64,000 nt of DNA. It comes from a virus (lineage: Duplodnaviria > Caudoviricetes). This document shows positions 9,228-16,833 of the stretch, one piece after another. The notes below the pieces were generated by a model, which saw nothing but the letters and a program-made list of their open reading frames with translations, was not told the origin of the DNA and did not search any database. The DNA lies in IMG/VR virus record IMGVR_UViG_3300028591_000104, positions 32,001-96,000 of that record, one strand, 5' to 3'. Positions within the stretch are counted from its first letter, which is position 1; every line of letters starts with the position of its first letter. A program made the position numbers and the translations under genes.

Positions 9228-10241
9228 ATGCGTAGAGTTTACGATGATAGTAAGTATAATGAAGTGGCGGCAGTGGTCAATGGAGTGATTCAAACCATTA
9301 ATCCTAATCAAGTATCTGAATATAGTTGGGGTACCAATAGAGCAAATGGTAGTCTTATTCGTAATGAAATCTTAAATAAGACAAGTTATATTAAGTTTGG
9401 TCGTAACGTAAATAATACAGGTATTGGTAATAATGCTTGCTATGAACTAATTTATACGGGTAACGACCAAGAAGAACAGATAGTAGGATTGTTCCATTGT
9501 ACTGATGATATGTATGGTGGACAGTGTTGCTGGGTAAGTGATATTGATGGCGGCAGATGCACTAAGGGTAGAACCATAAGACCAAGATGATTAAAGTATA
9601 TACAAGTTATTTTTACCAGATTAGGAATATGCGGCCGGAGGACCTTGCGTTCTCCACGGCACTTGGAGACCCCGCGTGGTACCATGACTTCACAAATGAT
9701 AAACAGTATAAGTTTATAGACAAAAGGGGAGTTTTGAATGGGTTACGGGCAGAACCTTTCTGCCCACGACTAGAGTTGCGGCCGGAGGCTCAGTGCCGGG
9801 GAACGACCGGCTGTCCGCATCTCCTATCTAATTTACCTTGGTATTGTGATTTCCTATTGGAATATGAAAAGAAACTTAAACTCCTCAATCCGCAGGAGAT
9901 AGAACAACGATTTCTCCGAGTAGGAGAATCTTGGCAAAACTTTAATAACAAAGAAATGGATATTACTTATATCCTATTGGTACACGAAGCTCCGAACAAC
10001 CCTTGTAGTGAAAGAGTTATGTTACGACGCTGGTTAAAAGAGAACGGCTTTGGAGGTGAAGAATGGCAAAAGGAAACATCCATAAAAAAATGACTTATGA
10101 AGATAAGTTTGACCGTCACTATGCCTGTTGGGTGAAGAATAACCGCAAGGCCTGGCACTTTTGGAAGAGACGAACTCGTAAACAGTTTAGAATACTCCAA
10201 AAAGAAGAAATAAAGAAAGTATTAAGTGAAGAAGAATCCTA
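9228..10241 (+). CDS. Three hypothetical ORFs (9228-9590; 9587-10093, DUF488-like YTSYF..HE..CSER; ~10063-10241)
   Basis: Overlapping start/stop codons, RBS. Confidence 0.6.
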
Positions 10242-10249
10242 ATCTTTTC

Positions 10250-10278
10250 TTGTTTTTTTAAAAATTTTATGTTATAAT
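10250..10278 (+). promoter_or_regulatory. Sigma-A-type promoter driving ORF 10311, the CUA tRNA and tRNA-Cys; one of about 20 similar copies (e.g. 1022, 2251, 10926, 11640, 15168, 36448, 48079, 50412, 52837, 59830)
   Basis: TTG(T/A)(T/C)N-17 bp-TATAAT with extended TG and a conserved ATATATGTAAAA downstream. Confidence 0.8.
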
Positions 10279-10310
10279 ATATATGTAAAAAAGATAAGGG
10301 AGTAGATATT

Positions 10311-10598
10311 ATGAAGAAAGTTTATGTGCTTACAATGAGTAAAGACACAGTTGTTTGTGTAGCTGATTCTCTTAAAGTAATAGAAGATTATCTTAAATTT
10401 GACTGTAAGTCGATGGGTACAATTAGTACAGATTTGTTTCAGTACAATTATGAAGATGATTTTAATGGATTTTTAATTTATCAAGTTAGGGCTTTTAATA
10501 AAAATAGTAACAAGTTTACTGACTTTTTTGATTATAAACTTCATGTCGGTTTCATGAATGTTGTAGACCCTACGGAATTAGATTATACGCCTTATTAA
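10311..10598 (+). CDS. Hypothetical protein immediately upstream of the suppressor tRNA
   Basis: ORF with RBS GGGAG. Confidence 0.75.
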   Translation: MKKVYVLTMSKDTVVCVADSLKVIEDYLKFDCKSMGTISTDLFQYNYEDDFNGFLIYQVRAFNKNSNKFTDFFDYKLHVGFMNVVDPTELDYTPY

Positions 10599-10606
10599 AT
10601 TAAGTC

Positions 10607-10697
10607 CGGGCGGTATGCAAGTGGTCAAAGTACGCGGACTCTAACTCCGATGCCAGTAGCTAAGGCTTCGCAGGTTCGAATCCTGCCCGCCCGACCA
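10607..10697 (+). tRNA. Amber-decoding tRNA (anticodon CTA at 10641-10643), tRNA-Tyr-like class II body, C1:G72, A73
   Basis: CGGGCGG/CCGCCCG-A-CCA; GCGGA-CTCTAAC-TCCG (cf. Tyr GCGGACTGTAAATCCG); long variable arm; GCAGG-TTCGAAT-CCTGC. Confidence 0.92.
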
Positions 10698-10700
10698 TAT

Positions 10701-10775
10701 GCTACTGAACCTCGTCGGCCGGGGGAGGCGCCGCAACCGCCTCGTTAGTTGGTTCGACTCCAACCGGTAGCTCCA
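10701..10775 (+). tRNA. tRNA-Cys(GCA), C33, atypical D arm
   Basis: AGGCG-CCGCAAC-CGCCT; T73 CCA. Confidence 0.8.
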
Positions 10776-10986
10776 TAGAAGTGAGAATTAAATTATGCGT
10801 TAAAGGATAGCCTTTGGATTGACTGGGACTCCACGCTCATAGGAGGTAGAGTAGCAGTCATTAGTTAACAGTTTCGATGCCGAGCGCAGGGTGCATAAGC
10901 TGTCTTTTTAAAACTAACCACATCTTGTTTTATTAAAAATTTTATGTTATAATATATATGTAAAAAAGAGAAAGGAAAAGAAATAA

Positions 10987-11639
10987 ATGCTTTTTAAGTA
11001 TGTGATACAATATGAACTTGATGGTACTATTGGAATAGAAAATGGTATCATTGGAGCATCTAGCTGGAAAACTGCTTGTGAGCGTCTTATTCAGTACTTT
11101 GGTGAAGAGCATATTGTAGAAATCAAAAGCATTTATGAATTAGAAAATCCTTTATGTGATGGAGACCTTAAAGATATTTTTGAAAAGGAGTGATGATTAT
11201 GTCAAGTTATGTGTGCTTTTATGTTGAGAAGAATGGTGTTTATATTCCTCTGACAGATTACAGCAGAAGCAATCCTATGTATCAGGCAGCTGAATATAAG
11301 GTTCCTTATGAGGATGGTGTAAAGCTTGACGAGAAGGTTTATCACGCCATCAAAGAAGAGTTTGAGGAAATGATTGCTCGTTACGAGAAGAGCCTTAAAA
11401 GATATGAGCATGACATTGAGTTCACTCGTAAGGTAGAAGGTATTACTCTTAAAGAGAAACTTGATGCAGTAGAAGAGTATAACTCTTTTATTGAGGAAGT
11501 AAGTGAGGAACTTGAGATGGCTAAGGCTCAGCTTAATCATCTTAACTTTATGTATCACAATATAGTTAAGTGGAATTGCGGAGAAAATAATGTTTGGGTT
11601 GGAATTGAATGGAATCCAAACTATAAGGAAGAGGATTAA
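10987..11639 (+). CDS. Two hypothetical proteins (10987-11193, paralogous to 1087-1326; 11190-11639, coiled-coil)
   Basis: Promoter at 10926; shared MxFxY..GI..A..L..FFG pattern. Confidence 0.7.
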
Positions 11640-11820
11640 TTGAAAATTTAAAAATTTTATGTTATAATATATATATAAAAGATTGGGTATTACTGAGAGC
11701 TGGGTCACACCCTGGGTAGCGGCGGTCCCGCAAGGAAAGAAGTTGGTTGTCCAACCCTTCGCTGCGAATGTAAGATTCTCCTATAATACTCCCTATGGGC
11801 AACACATAGGTTTTTTAAAT

Positions 11821-11894
11821 GACGCGGGGGTCTGAAAGTACGACACTACCCTCTCAAGGTAGAGAATCCAGGGCAGTACTGGGGCGCGCCACCA
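11821..11894 (+). tRNA. Degenerate tRNA-Glu(CTC)
   Basis: CTACC-CTCTCAA-GGTAG; poorly paired acceptor stem; ACCA. Confidence 0.6.
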
Positions 11895-12157
11895 ATGGAG
11901 GTTCACATCCTTTCCTCAAGCCAGCAAAGGGATGCGGGCTTTACCACCGTAATAATGGTAAACGCTAGGTATTGGCGAGATGATACCTCCCGACGCCGTT
12001 CTGGGATAGAGTGCCATGGCTCAGCTATTGAGGATTGATAGCGGTATGTTTGTCAAGATTTACGACCTTAACACAAGTCTTGGGTAGGCTCTTAACCTAA
12101 GAGAGCAGGAGCAGTCCTCCCCTGTGAGCTGGTGGTGCGGCATGGACATTTTAATAT

Positions 12158-12232
12158 ACCGGGGAGGGTGTTGGTTCCCAAACGAGTCTCATAAACTCGG
12201 TCACGACAGTTCAATTCTGTTCCCCGGAACCA
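12158..12232 (+). tRNA. tRNA-Met(CAT), unpaired 1:72
   Basis: CGAGT-CTCATAA-ACTCG; ACCA. Confidence 0.8.
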
Positions 12233-12354
12233 AATGCATCATAGGGAAAGTTTCGTAACCCCTATGTAAAAACCTGAGGATAAGGTCTTAAGCGAAACGA
12301 AACCGTTTAAGAATAGTGTAGGTCTGTAGTCCAGGTGTAGAGGCAGACGAAAAA

Positions 12355-12428
12355 GCGGGATATGGTCTAGAGGGCTAAGACGCCGGCGCGGAGCCGGAGA
12401 CGTGAGGTTCGAATCCCACTATTCTGCA
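12355..12428 (+). tRNA. Degenerate tRNA-Pro(CGG)-like element, no CCA
   Basis: D arm and GGTTCGAATCC T arm present; aberrant loop CGCGGAG. Confidence 0.5.
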
Positions 12429-12487
12429 ATTATTGTTTTCTAAGAAGTCTCCGGCTTATAAATTCCGCTACACATTTTTTAATAAAA

Positions 12488-12717
12488 ACGACACATGCAG
12501 CAATTTTTACATGATTGATAATCAGAGAAACCGCTCATTTCTTTTTATGTCGTGTCGTGTATTTAAACCGAAAGACCCTTACAGCAACTTATTTAGGAAA
12601 ATTATTAAATTTAGCTGGATAATGTTCACAAACAGGGTCTTGTATTTTTTAGAAAGACGCACTCAGCAACTCTTGAAAATGTCTGCAATTTGGTATGTTG
12701 ATGAAAAAACGCGTCTT
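12488..12717 (+). repeat. Three tandem stem-loop units GAC-N6/7-CAGCAA...GTC
   Basis: ACGACAC/GTGTCGT, AAGACCCT/AGGGTCTT, AAGACGC/GCGTCTT, each followed by CAGCAA. Confidence 0.75.
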
Positions 12718-12735
12718 GGAAAGGAGAAAAAGGAT

Positions 12736-14277
12736 ATGGATTTTTATGGTATGATGAAGAATGGTGCAACTCAGAGAACAGAGAATGGGGCAGTAGGTTA
12801 CGTGACCTCCAAGTCCGCCCTTGTCGATCTTAACTTTGCTACTGGGTCTATGCGTAATATGTCTGAGGACGAAATCGTTGATAGATTCTGGAATGCTTGG
12901 AACGAGGACCAGGTTCTAGCTTTGCGTTGGCTTTTCTTCGCAAGAGATATTCGTAATGGTGGTATGGGAGAGCGTAGAACTTTCCGTACTATTCTTGGGG
13001 ATTTAGTCTACAATGATATAATCCCTTCTGATAAGTATTTCTCTCTCTATAAGTTGATTGAAAAGTATGGAAGGCTTGATGACTTTATCAATCTTATTGA
13101 TATTGTCACAGGTGAGCAGAAGGAAGCTCTTGTTGAGGTTCTTTCTATGGGTCTTGCAGCTGATACTGTAGCTATGCTTCAGAAGAAGCCTGTTACTCTG
13201 TTGGCTAAATGGATGCCCTCTATCAATACTTCCTCAAAGGAAACAAAAGCTCGTGCTGCTAAGTTAGCTCAGGCTTTCCATATCACACATAGAGAGTATC
13301 GTATGATGTTGTCTAAGCTTCGTGCTTATATTGACGTAACTGAAGTTAGAGCTTCGGCTAATGATTGGGATAAGATTGACTATTCAAAGGTTCCTTCTTA
13401 TGCTAATATTAGATTTGCTAATGCTTTCTTGAAGCATGACCAGGAGAGAAGAGAAAAGTATCTTGAATCCTTGAAGAAGGGCGAGACTAAGATTAACGCT
13501 GGAACTTTGTTCCCTTATAACATTGTTCATAAATATGGTGGTCATTATTTCTGGTCACGCATTTCTTCTGTAGATGATACTCTTGAGCAGCTTTGGAAGG
13601 CTTTGCCTGACTATGAACTTAGAAATACTCTTGTAGTAGCTGATGGTTCTGGTTCAATGAGAACTCGAATTAGTGGCGGTTCTGAAGTGACTGCTCTTGA
13701 AGTAGCTAACTCTATTGCCATCTATGCTTCAGAGCACAATGAAGGTGTATTTGCGGATAAGTACATTACATTCTCAGGACACCCTGAGTTTGTAGAGTTC
13801 AGACGCCAAGACACTCTTCACAAGAAGCTTAATAAGGCTTATGAACACGATGAGTGCGCAAACACCAACATCGAGGCCGTATTTGAGCTTATCCTTCATA
13901 CAGCAGTACACAACAATGTACCTGCCAATGAGATGCCTGAGAGAATCCTTATTATCTCTGATATGGAGTTCGACGATGCAACTCATGGCAAAGGTTGGTG
14001 GGATAATGGAAACTGGAAGGCTCCTGATAAGGCGCTTTTCGAGGAAATCGCTGAAGCATATGCCGATAGAGGATATAAGCTTCCTAAGCTCGTATTCTGG
14101 AACGTATGCTCTAGAACTAACACAATCCCCGTACAGGAGAATGAGTTAGGTGTAGCACTCGTATCCGGTTTCTCACCCGCTATCTTTGATATGGTGATGA
14201 GCGATGAAGTAGACCCCTATAAGATCCTCGTAGCTAAGCTTGAGGGTTATAAGGATGCTGATAAGCTCCTTAATTAA
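12736..14277 (+). CDS. DUF2828 / vWA (TROVE/Ro60-like) protein
   Basis: RTENGA, ARDIRNGGMGER, AKWMPS, MIDAS DGSGSM, NTNIEAVF, ISDMEFD, VFWNV; RBS AAGGAG supports ATG 12736. Confidence 0.85.
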   Translation: MDFYGMMKNGATQRTENGAVGYVTSKSALVDLNFATGSMRNMSEDEIVDRFWNAWNEDQVLALRWLFFARDIRNGGMGERRTFRTILGDLVYNDIIPSDKYFSLYKLIEKYGRLDDFINLIDIVTGEQKEALVEVLSMGLAADTVAMLQKKPVTLLAKWMPSINTSSKETKARAAKLAQAFHITHREYRMMLSKLRAYIDVTEVRASANDWDKIDYSKVPSYANIRFANAFLKHDQERREKYLESLKKGETKINAGTLFPYNIVHKYGGHYFWSRISSVDDTLEQLWKALPDYELRNTLVVADGSGSMRTRISGGSEVTALEVANSIAIYASEHNEGVFADKYITFSGHPEFVEFRRQDTLHKKLNKAYEHDECANTNIEAVFELILHTAVHNNVPANEMPERILIISDMEFDDATHGKGWWDNGNWKAPDKALFEEIAEAYADRGYKLPKLVFWNVCSRTNTIPVQENELGVALVSGFSPAIFDMVMSDEVDPYKILVAKLEGYKDADKLLN

Positions 14278-14344
14278 AATCAAAAAAGACTTACTCAAGG
14301 GAAGTCTCCTTGAAAGAGGTTCTAAACCCTTGAACATAATATAC

Positions 14345-14435
14345 GGACAGATACCCAAGTCTGGTTGAAGGGGACGGTTTGCTAAATCGTTAGGTCGGAG
14401 ACGGCGCGTGGGTTCGAAGCCCACTCTGTCCGCCA
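14345..14435 (+). tRNA. tRNA-Ser(GCT)
   Basis: ACGGT-TTGCTAA-ATCGT, long variable arm, GCCA. Confidence 0.92.
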
Positions 14436-14442
14436 ATAGCAT

Positions 14443-14518
14443 GTGGTTGCTGGTGTAACGGCTAACACGACGGTCCGTGGCACCGTTGATCTCAGTTCGA
14501 TTCTGAGGCTTCCACCCA
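14443..14518 (+). tRNA. tRNA-His(GTG), C33
   Basis: ACGGT-CCGTGGC-ACCGT; G-1:C73. Confidence 0.85.
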
Positions 14519-14523
14519 AATAA

Positions 14524-14594
14524 CCGGGTGTCGTATAAAGGTAGTATTCGAGTTTTGGGTACTTGAGGTAGAGGTTCGATTCCTCTCACTCGGA
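14524..14594 (+). tRNA. tRNA-Pro(TGG), no encoded CCA
   Basis: CGAGT-TTTGGGT-ACTTG; AGAGG-TTCGATT-CCTCT. Confidence 0.85.
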
Positions 14595-14655
14595 GGTTGT
14601 CAAAGAAGATTACCTGCACGTGGTGACAACTGCTTTTACTAAAAATCTTCAATAA

Positions 14656-14745
14656 GCTGAGGTGCCGAAGTGGACATAACGGCGTAGACTTGAAATCTTC
14701 TGTGACCGCAAGGTCCCGTGGGTTCGAATCCCACCCTCAGTGCCA
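14656..14745 (+). tRNA. tRNA-Ser(TGA)
   Basis: Loop CTTGAAA, long variable arm, GCCA. Confidence 0.9.
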
Positions 14746-14814
14746 ACCTCTCCAATAGAGAGGAATATTTTATAGAAAGGCGTAAGATTAGGATAAACGC
14801 CGAAGGAGGAAATT

Positions 14815-15952
14815 ATGAAGTACTTTAGTACAGAAACAAAGAAGGTTTATGACACGGTAGAAGAGCTTGAGGCTGCTGAAAAAAAGGCGCTTGAAGTTAA
14901 GGATGCCCGTAAGGTCGAAGCAGAAAAGGTTGAAAAGGCTTATACTGCTATGAAGGAAGCCAAGAAGGCTTACGAAGTAGCAACTCATGATTACCAAAAG
15001 GCATTGAGTGAGTTTTGCGATAAGTATGGTACTTATAAGACTGCACTGCGGCCGGGGGAGATGTTCGACATAGACCCATTCTTTAAGTTTTTTTACTTCT
15101 AAATTCCATGCGGCCGGCCGGTTAATGCACTATGCACGAGCGGCTTGCCGCATCTTTTTATTTAACTTGTTTTTTATAAATTTTTATGATATAATATATA
15201 TGTAAAAAATAAAGGAAATAAATAAAAAAGGAAGTGATAATTATGAAAGTATTTACAGTTTGGGAATGTGATGATTTAGTAGGAGTTTTTGATTCTTTAG
15301 AAAAAGCAAAAGATTGTATTGTAAAAATACTGATTCATGACGGCTGGAAAGAAGAAGAGATAGATTTTAATAACTTTGAAGATGATTCTACAGAATATTT
15401 TTCAAGAAGTTATCCTAAGCTTGATTTCGGGATATATGAATATGTATTGAATGGGATAAGACCATATTGGTTAAAATAATATATATGTAAATAAAAAGGA
15501 AGTGATAACTATGAAAGTTTTTAAAGTATTTACGAAAAATATGATGTCTGACTATTGGAAAATGACTATTTTGGCGCATGACTATACTGAAGCTATAAAT
15601 ATAGCTTTAGAGCATTGTAAAGAAAAAGACATTACCACAATCATAGACCTTACGGAAGATGCAGAACCGAGAATAATATGTCACGAAGATTATAAGTGGG
15701 GTTAATTAAATGAATATTTATGTAGTAACTGAAGATTTGTGCCCTCTTGGAGTATTTAATTCTATTGAAGCAGCTAATAATTATATTCTTAACCTTATAA
15801 GAGTAAGAGAAAAAGTATTGGATGTAACAATTTCTAAGGATTATATGGATTACAATGATGACCCTTATGTTCTTAGACATTATCTTGATAATTTTGCAGA
15901 TTATTATATTCGCCCTTTTATTCTTAATAAGCAAGATTTGGAAGAAGCATAA
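14815..15952 (+). CDS. Four small hypothetical ORFs (14815-15102, 15234-15479, 15502-15705, 15710-15952)
   Basis: RBS-preceded ORFs; 15234 and 15710 share a GVFxSxExA motif. Confidence 0.7.
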
Positions 15953-15955
15953 TAA

Positions 15956-16031
15956 TGAGGACTAGCATAATTGGCAGTGCAACGGTTTCTGGTACCGTGG
16001 GTTCTGGGTTCAAATCCCAGGTCCTCATCCA
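15956..16031 (+). tRNA. tRNA-Gln(CTG)
   Basis: U1:A72; ACGGT-TTCTGGT-ACCGT; CCA. Confidence 0.88.
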
Positions 16032-16134
16032 TACCAACAACTGAGGGGAAGCCTACCGTCTGGGAGGAAAAATTCTCAGAGGATGAAACCTTAGAAAAGC
16101 AAGACGCGGAAAGTAGGTTGTTGGTTTTTAATAT

Positions 16135-16219
16135 TGGGGGGTGTCCGAGTGGTTAATGGAGCCAGGCTTTGACCCTGGTAGCTTAGCTTTCGTGGGTTCG
16201 AATCCCACCCCCTCAGCCA
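16135..16219 (+). tRNA. tRNA-Gln(TTG) with extended variable arm
   Basis: U1:A72, G73; CCAGG-CTTTGAC-CCTGG; AGCTTAGCT variable hairpin. Confidence 0.85.
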
Positions 16220-16269
16220 GAGCCTTCGGGCGTGATCGTATCATAGATACCTGCGAGGCCTATGATCTA

Positions 16270-16459
16270 ACATCGGTGGCGGAATAGACATAAGGTTTGG
16301 CGCACAACGGAATCTTATGTGATAGTAGACGCAAGCTGGAATGTGCAGGCTCCATTGAGAGTGCAAAGGTTCAAGTGAAAGGCTTGATGAGGTTGGCAGA
16401 GTAACCGACACACGACATTTGGCTAACTGCTATGTAAGGTGCAAATCCTTACCCGATGT
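16270..16459 (+). ncRNA. tRNA-like RNA, copy 2 (additional hairpin inserted in the D loop)
   Basis: Identical termini to 6737-6897. Confidence 0.7.
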
Positions 16460-16624
16460 TTTTATTAAAATACCTACTGACTTGGCAAAATCCAAGTCTT
16501 AATATATAGGTTTCCGGTGGACGCACCAATAGCTACTAGGAAGTAGGATTAATGGAGTCCATCTTTTAAAGAGTAGGTTCTAATCGTATGTGGAACCTTT
16601 TGGGCATTGAGCCACACTATTAGC

Positions 16625-16655
16625 AAAAGGAAGTCAGTGATGGCTTCCTTTTTTT
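16625..16655 (+). terminator. Rho-independent terminator ending the RNA-gene region
   Basis: AAGGAAGTCA-GTGA-TGGCTTCCTT plus T run. Confidence 0.8.
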
Positions 16656-16833
16656 ATGCATTTGTAAAAACAACGAACCGAACTGCCGAGCGCAGAGGGC
16701 TTAGAAGATCGTCTCCCGAAACCAAATGGCCCTAGGTATTTTTATGGGCAAAAGTAAGAAATTTATAATATCTTTTTTTTATTATAAATAAAGGTATGTT
16801 CCTTAAAAATTAAATAAGAAAGGAGATAAAGGA

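Noticed and set aside
12488-12717. CRISPR mini-array
   Set aside because: The units are covarying hairpins rather than identical repeats, and there are no cas genes in the window
12433-12735. N-terminal 101-aa extension of the vWA ORF in the ORF track
   Set aside because: It overlaps the stem-loop array, and a strong RBS supports ATG 12736
15956-16219. TAG=Gln (genetic code 15)
   Set aside because: All diagnostic positions are Tyr or aromatic columns, and the CUA tRNA has a Tyr-like body rather than a Gln-like one. Some sites (e.g. 23573, 49056, 56201) are uninformative on their own.
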